DNA from: Phoronis australis
Taxonomy: Eukaryota > Animalia > Phoronida
NCBI GenBank assembly: GCA_002633005.1
Contig: NMRA01000299.1
Coordinates: 124,001 to 188,000, forward strand
Length of the DNA: 64,000 bases
Direction of reading: 5' to 3'
Below the pieces are notes generated by a model. That model searched no databases. It was given only the letters and a program-made list of their open reading frames with translations, and was not told the DNA's origin. The translations under genes were made by a program, and so were the position numbers. Shown here piece by piece: positions 33,960-48,000 of the stretch (positions within the stretch are counted from its first letter, which is position 1; each line of letters starts with the position of its first letter).

Positions 33960-34900
33960 GCAATCAATTGTGTCACTTTAGATGTAGCGCTTTCCAACGA
34001 TTTCAGTTGGATTACAATACGAGCTGTCCTCTTCACATTAGGAACATATATGCCAATTTCCAAAATCATCTTTAGAGTGGTTTGGGTTGACAGAGAGGCA
34101 GACGCCAAAAAAACAGACTCGAAAACAGCAAAACTAGCCACTAGGCGGCCCAAAATATTTCGAATCCATCCGGGAACTGGAGGTTAGCGTCACTTCACCA
34201 ACAGATGTCTATATTCCAAATTTTATGAAAATCCGTTGAGGACATTTAAAGATACGAAAAACCTAAAAAACAAAAATTGCCACTAGGGGGTACACCGGTA
34301 GTCATGCAGATCCATTGGAAAGTCGTCGTCGTCCCGTGTCAACTTCATATAAATGCACATGCTAAATTTAGGTTCCTGTAGAGGGTTTAGGAGATACGAC
34401 CATACGCGTGAAACAAAACAAAACAAAACCGCCACTAGGAAGCGCCACAGTAGCCAAAGTCATTGGAAATCATCACCAGCCGTCCTCTTATAGTAAGAAC
34501 ATACATGCAAATTTTCACAATTAATCATCCTTAGAGCTGTTTAGTCGTCAGAGGCGCGGTCACCAAAAAACAAACTCAAAAACAGTAAAAATGGCCACTG
34601 GGTGGTGCAAAATACCTCAAATCCATCCGAAAAGGGAAGGATAGGTCATCTCACTGATAGATATGCCTATATGACAAATTTTATGAAAATCCGTTGAGGA
34701 CCTTAGATAAAACAAAAAACTAAAATTGCCACTAGGGGGCTCACCGGTAGTCGAATCCGTCCAAAAGTTCGCTCATACCCGCGTCCTGTCCATGAAATGA
34801 ACACATGTGCAAAATTTCATGAACGTATGTCAAGGGCCGTTTGGAGTTAGCTAGCAGTGGACGCCGGACGGACGTGGATGACGGCACAATGCGTCCACAT
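33960..34900. repeat. Internally repetitive element with recurring GCCACTAGG units; related pieces at about 36240-36470 and 61410-61900
   Basis: gccactag(g) recurs about every 150 bp; aaattttatgaaaatccgttgaggac occurs twice; GGAC microsatellite-like end. Confidence 0.65.
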
Positions 34901-35052
34901 ATAAATATGTGGGCGTGTAAAAATGAAAATTTGTGTGACGTCACCAGTCCCACTCCGTTTCCGCCACAGTGTTGTTATAACACCAGTCGTGAGCCGGAGT
35001 GGCCGAAAACAATCGAATACTTGCTAGTGAGACTGAGCGTGGGACGAGTATT

Positions 35053-35160
35053 ATGAAAAGGTGTGTGTGCGTAGGATGCAGTAACATCAATCGGACGAAC
35101 AACATTCCAGTTTTTCTGTTCCCAAAAGATCGTAAGGTCGCCCAGAAAAGGCATCATATT
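35053..35160 (+). pseudogene. THAP zinc-finger N-terminal remnant
   Basis: MKRCVCVGCSN...VFLFPKD, inside a short inverted repeat (ctccgtttccgccac / gtggcagaaacggag). Confidence 0.6.
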
Positions 35161-36807
35161 TGTTATCTATAGTCTATAATGGTACAGGTTTGTGCGTCGG
35201 ACACGGGCGGTATCGATGGCGGTACACGGCGGAGTGGCAGAAACGGAGATTTGATGGTTTCTCCAGCCTATGGGTGTATCTCATCAGTGTTCATGGACAA
35301 AATGATGTAGACTAGATTGTATTGTGGCCATTGCTTGACTTTTGCCTCAGCATCAATATTGTGCCAGGACTAAGATAATGAATGTGATTGTAGTAAGAAA
35401 GTTTTCGTAAGTCTATTATCATTGTTCCGAGATTTTGTGGGAATGCATGGACTCCACCTATATATACGTCAATGCCTAATAGTAGAAAATGCTATGCAGA
35501 TGTCACGCAAATAATTTGAGGTCGCTTCTCTGTTTCGGTTCCATAAAAATAGAAACAAAATTACATAGAAAAAAACTCATAAAATAGACAAAAATGCAAA
35601 TACAAAAATACCATAATAGGAAATGAAATTACCTCAATATTGCAGCTCTCATCCTCTCCTATCCAAAGCCAAATGTACACTGCCCACCCAAATGTATAAA
35701 AAAAAACAACTCAGTGCACACACCCGTTCATACACAAGTGTGAGTCAGGCGTTATGCAAATCTCATTCAGCCTACAAACACCTATGACTAAACACGTGGT
35801 CATGAGGCTCCCTGAGCTAACAAACGTACAGCCATATCATTAGAAAGCCCTTTGTCAGTTCCTGATGATGATACCAGGAGCAAAAGATAAACAATTTAAT
35901 TCATAAGTAATTTATTTTGCATCCCTGACTGTTTCAAAAATATTTCATAATTCAAAAAGCCAAGAGTGTTCCTGAATCATGAAAAAAGATAACAGCGTGT
36001 AAAAGTAACATCAAAAGGAAATGAATTAGAGAGGTTAAAAATGACTAGTTAAGTCATTAGGCAAATAATTTCAATGATTAAAAAGCTTTTTACCCTTTAA
36101 AGACAAAGGTTTTAGAATCCCTCACACTTGCTGTGGGGAATTAAGTCATGCATTCACACAAAATTCTACATATATATTATAATTAATTGGACCTTTGGTG
36201 CCGTTTGATACAATTACATTTTCAGTAAAAATTCAGAATGCAGTGACAATTACGAAACTGCGATAAACTTCTCCAAATATGTATCCGAAATTACCACTAG
36301 GGGCACAACGTTTAGGATCCGTCTCACAGTTGTCGCCATCTGTTGTCAACTTCATATAAATACACTTGCTAAATTTATTAAAGATTTTGCAGTGGGTTAA
36401 GACATACAGATATAGGCGCAAAAAACAAAACTGTCACTATGAGGTGCCACAGTAGTCATTGTAAGTGCGTTGTCTCAAGGAAAATTACTTCAGTGATACG
36501 CACGTAACTTTCCTTTAACTATCTAGTAATCCTGGTACCAAATTCGATCTCAGCGCGGTGAACTGGTAATTTGTACAGTTTGAAAGGACATGGTCTCACA
36601 CTTCAAAAAGTTGTCATAGACGCTGCCACACGACGACTGCAATTAATAAAAGCGGAACTAGAGTTTTAAAAAGGCGTTCGCATTATTGATTTTTACCAAT
36701 ACTTTTTACACCAATCAATGTAGGCCTGCCCCTTTTATCCGACCATGATGCGCGGAATCGCAGATTTTTTTCTGTCAATAACAAGCACACCCAGTCCATC
36801 TGATCCA

Positions 36808-37111
36808 CAGGGGCGGATCCAGGATTTTGAGTTAGGGGGGCCAGGGCACAGGAATAACCAGAAGTACGCCACATGCGCACCCAGCCTAAATGTAGGGATG
36901 CAGGGGTCTTGAACTTTTGAGTTTGTGGGCCTTGTGGCTAAAAAACGGGTAGACGGGGTTTGTTCAAGGCTATGCATTGTGCATTCACCCGCGAGCCCGC
37001 CTAGGTGCGCGCGCATATGCCAGTCACGAATTAGAACCCCAAACTGTCAAATGGAATCTGGGAGAATTTTAGGGGGGGATAGCCCCCTTGTCCCCCCTCA
37101 ATCCGCCAATG
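36808..37111. mobile_element. GC-rich MITE (CAGGGGCGGAT...ATCCGCCAATG)
   Basis: Short TIR; flanks ATCCA / CTCCA form an imperfect 5-bp TSD. Confidence 0.7.
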
Positions 37112-38399
37112 CTCCAGAACGAGAAGGATAACATTTGATTTATTTCAAAATATCACCATCACGCAGTAAAATCGGCGTGACAGTAAAAGGGAAATGTCTA
37201 GCTAGTACGAAGTTTATGTACCGTACTGGTAAATGCACCCATCTTCAGCAAAAGTCCGACTTCAAGCAACTCTAATTTAATCCCTCAATTCTGTTGGATC
37301 AGGCATTTACTGGCACACAATAATGTTATTAGTAGTATTGACAACACCCCGCCACAAAATAAATATGACAAATGTCAATGGTCGTAAACTCTACCTACCC
37401 AGGCATTAATATACTGTATCAGAAGACCATAAACAAAACAGAATATAAAAATGGTGGTTTTCCTCAAGTAAGACAATTACAGATTTTAATAGCTTGCCAG
37501 GCTACATAACGTTTGTCCCATCTCTTGAAATCACAGAAACAAGGGCCATCTACCGTCCTAATATAACATTGTGGGGTGCAGCATTCTTGGGTATCCCGTT
37601 CTTCGATCCTGCCCTATTCATAAAAACCTGGCTACATTAATAAATTTCCGAATTGGTGTCCACTCTATAAAAATGTACAACTATTAATCTTGTAGTCACT
37701 TTTTGTGTTTCTTCGTTGCTAGAAAACAACAGATAACTTGAAGAGAATAAGGTCACTAAACTCTTAAAGACATATCGGACTAAGAAGGAAAGTCAAGCAA
37801 AGGCCATGAAACTTCGACTTGAGTTGCGACCGGATTCGCACCCGCAAAATCATTTTATTTCAGTTTCAATTTTCAAACCTCGAAAGACCAAAAACTATAT
37901 CACTGATTCTGGTTTATACTGAAAATCAAACTTTATTTTTGATGTTTTCTGCTATAACTAAAGATAAGTGTAAAAGACCCTTTAATTCTGTGCTCAAGTA
38001 TGCAATGATTTTCTTGGATTTTCTAAAAATCCCAGTTTGCACTTGATGATCCTAACATTAAAGCTATGAGTTTTTACTTGAAACCCGGTGTTGCTACCAA
38101 TATTGGTTCTTAGATACTACACAGTACGCACGCATCTCGACTAACGTAGTTCATCAGCAAGATGGAGGACCACTGCGCTCAATGAAAACCACGTGATGTC
38201 AACTCTAGCTATCTTTATCTCATTGGATAGCACCACAGGGCTCGACATAACGAGCTGCAGATTGCATTTACGACCTGAAATTTGCAAATGCGACCTGAGA
38301 TTTTTGTCAGCTCGTGGATCTCAGAGGTGTCGCGTTAACCTATGAGGAATGTGAGAAACTACGCAGCGACGTCAGTGGTTCGTCTGCAGAGTGAATGCC

Positions 38400-38570
38400 G
38401 CTAATATTGCGGTGCATCGTTCCCGCTTCTGCGCACTATGAAGCTGCGAAGAAAGCGGAGTATATCGAAATGCTAAGGAAATGGCTCGTGGTAGTGAAGA
38501 ATGAAGGAACGCTATTAAAAGCAAGTATGAAGCCGTGAAACATCTCCGTGTCTGTGGCCGGCATAAACCT
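38400..38570 (+). pseudogene. THAP domain remnant
   Basis: VHR(S)..., LRKWLVVVKN, HLRVCGRH across frameshifts; resembles the THAP at 12111-12400. Confidence 0.55.
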
Positions 38571-39356
38571 AACGATACGACCCATGAAGTCTTCATCGGA
38601 TGAGCTCTTGCCGACTAAGTCGCGATTGGCACTGGGCGAGTTGCCTTCATGCAGCGTACGTCCTGGGCGTCCATTTGGACGCCCTAGCACTAATGTAGAC
38701 GCCCTGGCAAGGACGCCCAATGTATCATTTGAACGCCCTGTCAATCAGAATTTCTCCAGTTTGGACACCCACATTGAAAGATTACTAAGACTCCCAGTTA
38801 ATCAAAGTTGGCCCTTTCAACTGGGAAAGAAATATACAAAGTAATTAAAATGTTACAATATTCAAACTATCTTCAAACTATTTGGTAGACCTGTCAATCA
38901 TTAGCACGTGGTTGGTTGCCAGAGTGTCTGCTTTCAATACACTCACATTCCACTGCTATTCTGTACTTTATGTAGGGACATCATGGACCTTGCTTAACTC
39001 CAAACTGGTGTTTCAGAGCTGTAATTTCATGTACTTCATCTTTTTTTAAAAATACCAAAAGCAAAATAAATGTCATTATTTTAATAATATGATGTGCCGC
39101 AAGAACATCCCCATTTAAAATGTTTGAGTTTTCGCCTGTTTCATGCTTTTCTATGTGCGTATAAAATGGAGCAGCAGTGACACCTGTTGTCAAAATATAA
39201 ACCACACATCATCTGTGCATTTTTCTTTTGTTGGTAACTGCAGCTTTGATGACTCATTGTACAGAATATAAAGCTAGTGAAGTTGATATAATAAACTTTA
39301 TAACAGAATTTGACTTGAGATGACCAAAAACAGTGCACTCATCGTTCAACCAATAN

Positions 39357-39840
39357 CGGGGATAACAAGCGTTTCGTGTGTTTAGAACTCAAAAAATCAC
39401 AAGTCTAAACAACACAGATGTAGGTTCTCTGTCTGTATTTCACGGAAGAATACTTCGAATTTATCTTCAAACTCCTGCTACGGACCGTCTTTGTAAATTG
39501 GGCAGCCGAACTTTGTAGGCTACGGTGTGTCCAAATACCAATAAATCCAACAGCGAATAGAACACGTTTTTATAAGAACTCGGTGTATTTTTAAGGATTT
39601 TACATCGAAGTTTGATGATTTATTGGTGTTAAACGATGAATTCAAGCGAAAAGCTGTCATCAACAGCCCGTGTTGTGAACTGCTGACTAAAACAGACTAC
39701 GTGTGAAACCAATGACGTCATTGGATAATTTCAACACCTCCGTCTGCCGTAAGGTAACGCAACCGAACGCGCCGTTATCGAGAACTACTCGTTCTAAATT
39801 GAACAAAATAGGTTGTTTTTTGGGTGGCATACTCCTTTAA
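39357..39840. repeat. Repeat ending in CCT|TTAA (Kolobok-type MITE end); partial copies at about 47335-47570 and, inverted, about 15430-15530
   Basis: ttttacatcgaagt..gatgatttattggtgttaaacgatgaattcaag...gggtggcat.ctcct.taa shared between copies. Confidence 0.7.
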
Positions 39841-39868
39841 GATATTCGCAAACAGGCTGATAAAATAA

Positions 39869-39875
39869 CTTTATT
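39869..39875 (-). terminator. Candidate polyadenylation signal of the TIR gene
   Basis: AATAAA on the minus strand about 2 kb after the stop codon, at the edge of unique-looking sequence next to a repeat. Confidence 0.35.
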
Positions 39876-41865
39876 GACACCAATACATCAAATATACATA
39901 ACATGAATAGACAAGATCAACACTTCAGCTTTATAATATGCACCCACCGTGCACAAATGGTAACAGAGGTGCAAATTTACAAAAAAATCACTAGAGTGAG
40001 CAACAGATGAGTTAATAAATTAAAGTTGCTTCTTGAGGTTATGTAGGTCCATAAAACAGGCCAAATTTGGAAAACTCCCTACATTATGGGCCTATGACAG
40101 AAATGGATGATCCGGTTCATATTCAGAAGTTCACGGTAGGTGAGTGCATGTGTTCAGTGCATGACCAAATGACGAAATATCCAAGCCTCATGAAACTACG
40201 GTATTCAACAAAATTCTGTTATCATGAGTCATGTTATCCAACTCACCAACCCGAAGTTATATTCCTTGGCAGCTGTGCCATTACACCGGGTGTAATGGCA
40301 AAGCTGCCAAGGAATATAGCTGGGCAAGTCCCAAATATGCCAATATGGTCACCTACTCAAAATTATTGCCAATATTCATGAAGATACCAGTACAGATGAA
40401 AATTCAAGCCAAAACATAATTAAATTTGTGAACTAAAGCACAAGGTTCAATTATCTCATTCCCTGCCAACACAATAGAGAGCCATCTGGCTAGGCTGTCA
40501 ACAGTCAACAGGAACACATACTATACTAACATCGACAAATCAATGTTTTGGGGAGTTGCCAGTTAACTTCGCACTAAATGGGTGGATTTAAGAGCAGAGC
40601 GTCGATGCTGCAGTGCAGTATAAACAATCAACTTTGGTCTTATCGAAGTTATCACCAGGCGTCACTGTTATCATCAACAATTACAGCATAGTGCCGTCGC
40701 TAATACTTGCGTATATTTTGCTCTAATAATCACCAATTGATTTAAAAATAATGTTTATGTCAATTAGCACATGTATGTAAATGTTCCTAAATTGTCACAC
40801 TGGAAAAAAATCTTAGAGTGCAGCGCTACCTTGTGATAACTTCGATGATGACAGCATCACCTACCGTTTACATCTATGTTCATTAACTACCCAAGCCAGT
40901 ATGAATGGCCCAGTTAACTTCAGACCTAAATTATGTTAATATGAAAGGGCCTATAGATTTAGGAAATAATGAGGTGTTATGAAGGATTACATAGGTGACC
41001 AAGAAGCCCAAGCAGCGGGACTGAATCCCCTGAGTAGGTTATTGTATTCGCATTAGCAAATTTCAATGGTTGGACAATCATCATCCCACACTTAATTGTT
41101 AGCTGGACTGGGTTACTGGCCATATAAACAACGAATACTTCACAGACTTTTTGAAAACTGACTTAAGCTGACACAAGTTTACATGATTTAGCTCCTTACA
41201 GCGTGGCATTTTACTTAAGAGGAATATGATCTCAACTCTTTAAACTACCCATTATACCATATACATGTACATTTACAGGATTAAAAATAACAATACTTGA
41301 ACCATTTTCCTTGAGTAACAACCTGCATTTGACATGGTTTTGATACTATAAGCTAAGACGTTTTAAATTACCTGGTACACAATTACACCACCATCAACAG
41401 AGTACCAATAGATGCACAGCATATATTTAAACTCTTCTCGTCCTGGGCCCCTACAAGTCTGCCCCTAGGTAGCATTCTCATTCCATTATTTCTCCTTCTG
41501 TACATCAATGACCCCACAGCAATGTTTGACCTATCTAATTTAAGCACGGTGGTGACTTTTAACCTTATTTTTGTCCTTTGCGTTAAAGCCTTTCTTGAAC
41601 AAATTTCTGTTATTGTTGTTCTTAATACCTACAACTTCTCGAAACATTGCGAGATGGTAGCTATGGAACAGAATTTGCACATATGGAAAACCATTAAATT
41701 TTAAACACAATTATCTTTCATGCAAAATTTCGCAAGTTGGGCATAATGTGTCCAAAATTGGTGAGATTTTACTATAGCCCGTAACAATACCTTTGTCCAT
41801 ACCCCAAGTGACTAAAACATCTTCTTGCAAGCAAACTGACCAAAATGATATCATTTACCAAGTAC

Positions 41866-42080
41866 CTATTGAATGACACAAGCTTTGCTCTTATTACCCG
41901 TGCCTGACCCCTCCTGATCACTACTGCCCGACGCTTTATTCTCCCTGTCGTTGGCCAATTTGAGAGCCTTCATCTTTTTGTTGACGTTATTTGCTTGTGC
42001 TGCAATTATGGCTCCCTTGAATTTGCCTTTGGCCTTTGCCTTGCCATTGAATTCATTGATCATGCTTTCAACAGTAGGGG
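41866..42080 (-). CDS. TIR gene terminal exon ending in CaaX (SKACVIQ*)
   Basis: Phase-compatible acceptor, Lys-rich tail, TAG stop. Confidence 0.85.
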
Positions 42081-45000
42081 CTAGAGCAAGATGAAAAGAG
42101 ATCAGATATTAACCTTTGTCAGATACACTCAATACATTTAATGTACACACAATATATGAGACAAATTTAATGTGTATACTAGAAGTTGTTAAAATGCACT
42201 TATTGGAACATGTCTTAGGCAGCATTTACACATGACTTTAATACGAAGGCAGGTAAGACATGTGAATCAGATGGCAAATCTACTCCTTCAGCAGAACACC
42301 ATCAAGATGAGACTGGACGACTAAGGATTTTAAAAAAAAACTGACTACAATGGATGATGTCATGAGTTACTATACTTTATTTTGTCTATGACCTTTTCTC
42401 ATTTAATGATTGCTTTTATTGCAGAAAATTGTAAACATTATAACTACTGTGACGGTTGCAGCTTAAACTTGTCAAAACATTAACACATCAACATTGGTGT
42501 GAAATTCCCTAAAAGTGCCCTTCGCTTGCTACAAATTAGCATTGTTTGACTATTTTTCTGCCAAACAGAATGCGGGACTAAAAAATGTTCAACGTAATGC
42601 ACATCGTAGTTACCTTTGCCCATGCTCTTAAGAAGCAGTTCCAGGAATACATCGTCACTGTTTGACTCCCCACCGCCACTGGCCACTCCTTGTTCACTTT
42701 CCAAAATGGTAACATCACCAATGGATGCCTGGTGCTCCTTACATAACCACACAATGTTGCCACTACGCAAGTGACATCTGAAACAGCAACACAAAATTAT
42801 GCTTGAGATATACCCGCCCTTAATTTTCATATCATACCATGAATAATACGCTTACAAGGAACGTCAAATATTTCTAAAGATATGTGGGAATTTTCAACAC
42901 TCATCCTTCTGAGTGGCTTTTACTAACTAAAGGTTAAAGGTTAAAGAGAGCGTGGCACTGGAGTCTGATAGAGTTGTGATGACCGCATTAATTCCGGTGT
43001 CAGCAAGACCCAATGAAGTGTAATTACCCCCATGACGGCGTTTTTCCGTTCAGTAACTTTACCAGACATAAAGGGTTGTGAACGCGAGATAACATTTAGC
43101 TTCATTGTTAACTGCCAAGCACAGTCTTTTGTCTGGTATGACAACAGGCAGGCCAATTATCTACCAGGCTTATTACCGACCACATGTGAACACAACCAAA
43201 CCCAGAGCGAACTGGTACACATTCGGAAAGAATAGATTGTCGTAACTTTGTTTGTAGTAGGGCGATTTTGGTAATTCAAAAACTAAACATGATCACCATT
43301 TGACGAGGATTTCAGGAATGCTATTGGTTTATGTTCAAATATGTTATAACTTGACTTTTATTTTTAGCAGCACAGACCAACCGTCAATGCCAGAATGGAG
43401 TTAATCATTCGTGTAAGATGTTGCCTACAGGGGTGTTCTTCCCAACTAGTTGTTGGGCTATAGAATCGAACAAGTTGGGAGCAACGGGAAAACACCGTAA
43501 TACAGCCATAAGCTGTAGTAAACATATCTGCCTGTACATCTTGGCGAATTTTCAAAATGCACTAACCAATAATTTTCGTTAAAAACAAACACCACGGCGG
43601 TATTCAGCTGGAAAAAATAACCAAGTATGGTTTTCGATTTTTAAAAATCGATGAACTAATAAGCTAAAAACTACAAATATTGGGTGCGAATGAAGATAAA
43701 CGACCGTGCATATTGATATACTCGGTGGATTTACACACTGAGCAGAGTTAACAATATCACATAGATTATTCTTTTAATATTCTTTCCATCTTGTTTAACC
43801 AGATTTTTGACTAGGAAACAGTTGTACTTAACTTGTCATGTGCGCACCCGGGGGAGGGGCGCTCATTCGAACCCCCCCCCCCCCAATTGGGAAAAGTGGG
43901 CAAAAAGGTCCGCCTCAGAGAAGCAAAAATTCCGGAAAAAGTAGAAAATGAGACATAAGTCCACTAAAAGGCAGGAACTACAAAAATTCGGAGAAGGCAG
44001 ATTTCATAGCTCTGAACGTACCCCATGAACCTTTAGTAAAAGGTCCACATTCTCAAAAATTCAAACCCTCCCATTTTTTAGACTGGGTGCGCGCATGCTT
44101 GTGCCCACTCTTCATTTTTTATGACTAACAAAAAGCTAAAATAGTTATGTAGTCAGTGCAACCGAAATTTCCAGAGATTCCAAATCTTCAGTTTAGCTTT
44201 CACCATATTTGCACTTTTGTATATATTTCATGATTTGAGCTCTAATAAAGATTAAACTTGAACTTATGACATGACGATCCTGTAGTTTTGTTAGTCGTGA
44301 AATGTTTAGTGTAGCTGTAATCTGTAAAGTTCAGGGATGGGTTCACAAATAACTAAACTAATTAAGTTTCGTTGGCAATCAAAGTCTACCACTGTTTTGG
44401 TACTTCAAGTTTAAAAATAAAATACAAGGATATCAACCTGTTTCTGGCAAGAAAAAAACAAGTTGACAAGAGTCTTAAAAATGAAATAACGAAAACGGGT
44501 ATGAAACATATTTAAAACCATCGTTCCTTTGGGAAGTGGCCCTTAATGTCAAGATAAACACAAATTAACTTAGTTTTTAGTTACATTTAAAATGTACTAA
44601 TTTAAAACTACTCTCCACAGTTGCAGGCTGTAACTGAGTGTGCAAATGCCAGAACCAATTTGGGAGTAATAACAACCACCATTGTTGAGACAGTAAGTGC
44701 TAGCTATTAACTTTCCACCAGTTATGATTAATTAAATAATTTCTGTTAAAAATAATGCAAAAGCTGGAACCGGTGGCAATACTTATTTCTTGCCAATGCT
44801 ATCCTCATGCGTGCAAGGATAGGTACATGTATGTAGCGTGCACTTCCTGGCCACGTGCTTTTAACACTGGTAAATTTTTTATTAGTCTTTGGTTCGCGGT
44901 TTTCACGTGAACACAGAAATTTGGATTCCTGCTGAGGGAGATCTGTACGGGAAAGATACAATACAGTCTCGTTGACATTAGTACGCTGCGTCTGTTATGA

Positions 45001-48000
45001 AAGGCCAGACCATAGTGGGACACGTTCCTTGCAAGATCAGCAAAACTTTTGCGTTCTTTTTGAAGTTACGGCTAAATACCGACATAGCGGCGAGGCTCAT
45101 GGTCTAGAAATTCCGCACACAATGATTTTTCAGGACTGTCATATCTTATTGATAAATTGAAGATGTTACTGTAGAATTTTAGAACTGCAGGTAACGCATT
45201 TTCGCATGTACATGTTCATGGGCTAGGCGCTTATGTTAGCGAAGTCTGAAAACGCGTGTGGGGTGCTTATAGGGGCACAGGCGCTTATTAGGGCGAATAC
45301 AGTACTTTGGACAGACTTCCATGTTGCTCAAGATGGGCAACAAGAGTTATATGTACTGTTTGTTCAACATCGAGTGATCTGTGCCAATTCTCATTATCTT
45401 TAGCTGCCTGGATGTAAATGAAAGCTATTGTAAAGATCAACTACCAGAGGGATTTTAACTAATTAATAACTCTCCGACTCAGAGCTCGACAGCTAATACG
45501 CGCGCAGTTCTACTCCATGTCATGGGATTGTAACCATAAATAATCTATGATATAACCTCTTCAGCACAAGAAGCTTGCACGCACGCGCTTCAATAGCTGC
45601 AATCCAAGTGGAGTACTGCAAGTTCACTGGTCGCCTCTAGTGCGCACTACAGTCGCTGGAATCAGCTCTAACAAGACCGCAGGACGGCACAGTGCTAGTG
45701 CTGCATAATTTTGTAAATGTATTTGTGAAGGACTTATTTGAGGGCAAAAGGACCTTTATTGGGAAAATCTGCTGTTCTGACATTTTTACCGCCATTTGGC
45801 GACACAATGGAAAATCCTATAGCCATTTCAACATTAATTTGCTGTCGCCAAAATTATGATCTCAAAGACTTCTCGAGCCCTACAGAACAGAATGGCACTT
45901 ATTGATTTGTGTTGTTTTATAATTCGAATATGAATTTCCATTTTACCTATCCCAAAAAGCGTGTACAAATTATTTTTTCCAATGCAAATATGCATCATGC
46001 GCGCACCCAGCCTTTAATATGGGGGGGTTCGAATTTCCGACAATGTGGACCTGTTACCGACAAAAGCAGCTGAAGGACTATAAAAAAACGGGGTACCACG
46101 TCCACAGCTGCGAATTGTGCGTTTGCGCCTGTTTAGTGGACTTTTTGTCTCGTTTTGTTGGACTTTTTGTTTCTCTGAGGCGGACCTTTTTGTCCCCTTT
46201 NNNNNNNGGGGGGGGGGGGGGGAGGCTGGAACGAGCCCCTCGAGCCCCCCCTGGGTGCGCCCATGTGCATAGAAACTATTTTTCCCTTGGACTCTTGCTG
46301 TACGAACTATTGGAGACAAACGTGGTGTTTCAAGGGTTCTGTACGAACTAATAGAGTTAACCAACTATTAGAGAAAACACTGTAACACAAGACGAGGACA
46401 GCGACAAAGTAATTTATACGCTATACCATCTTCCCTCAGCCAAGCCTTCAGGAGATCTACGATATTTACTTGCATTGACAACTGGAATTCCTTACCATCC
46501 AAAGTAAAAGAAAGAACTTCAATCATCCCTCACAAAAATAACTAACTGCATACAACTACTCTAGACTTGCCAGTCGCATTGACATCAGTCCAACTTCCTC
46601 GCAACCATGAAAAAATCCAATACAGATCAAGATGCGGACTATTCTTAATCAACAACAAATTTAGACATAATTATAATATTTCACCTCTATGTTCCTCAGA
46701 CAAATACTCATATTTTCTTTGCTTGTGCGGCATGCGGGAAGCAAAGGGCATAGGTTTTCCAGACACTCGAACAATACCCTAATGTTTACAAAAAATATTC
46801 AGATCTTCCTCAATAATGTATAAACAAAATTATTGTTTTCCAAATGGATGTAAAGAACTCGACCTAAATGAAAATAAGGTTTTATTCGAAATTCAAAATT
46901 TCTTTTTAATTAATCTCTGTGAGACAGTAACATCGTATACAGGTAACATTACTTATTGATTTATTTATATTTGTAATCATACGTCATTGTAATGTTAACA
47001 TCATTTGATCAATTTATGTATTTGTGTATAATTGTAAATAGATTTCTTTGTATTTGTTTAGCCCAGATACAATGCCTCTTGGTGCTTTCTAGATCTGTAT
47101 ATTCATTGTACTAACTATAACATAATAAATATTCAAAAGAGAAAAAAAAGGATGAGCTCAGTCAACCATCCGTATCCATTCCCTAAATCAAGAATCTTTC
47201 TGAGCAATTGTCACACACCTTCTAATTACATGGGGTTGAGACATTTTTCAAACCGATCAACACAATCCGGGAAAAGTTGGTTAATCCAAAGGACTGTACC
47301 CCACTTACAAGAAGTCTTGCAATGTATACCAGCTACTGTGTTTTACATCGAAGTGTGATGATTTATTGGTGTTAAACGATGAATTCAAGTGATAAGCTGA
47401 CACCAGTAACCCGTGTTGTGAACTGCTGAACAGACTGTGTGTGAAACCAATGACGTCATTGGATAATTTCAATACCTCCGTCTGCCATCAGGTGTCAGGT
47501 AACGCAACCGAACGTGCCGTTATCGAGTAGAACTACAAAATAGTTTTTTTTGGGTGGCATTCTCCTCTAAGAGAAATTTGCATTGTATTGTCTGGTCCCC
47601 ATAGAGCACAATGTCAAAATCAGTTTTTTACTCTACCCGGGCACTAGTGTGCATACGGTACACATGACCAACTCAAAGCTGAGGACTTGTGTGTAGTTAA
47701 AGGTCTGGAAAATTTTACATAATTATCTGTCAGACCATGCTAGGAGTTTAGGAGTTACAGCAGCACATATCAGATACCCTGACTGTGATAATGGTACTAA
47801 CTCAAACCAACACAGCACAAAGAAGTAGATCACATAAACTGCTAATTGAAGACTTCTAAGTACAGGGACAAGCTCAAGCTGCAGTGGTAAAGTTAAGGCA
47901 CTTCAACCAAAAGGTTCCAGAATCAATTCCTGACAGAAGGTTGCCATTATAGTGGTCGGTATTGAAGACTTGTTTATATTGACAACAGTTTGAATCCCAA

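Noticed and set aside
33960-34900. Periodic GCCACTAGG motifs as a CRISPR-like array
   Set aside because: The intervening sequences are homologous to each other, and related pieces are dispersed elsewhere; it is an internally repetitive transposon-derived repeat.
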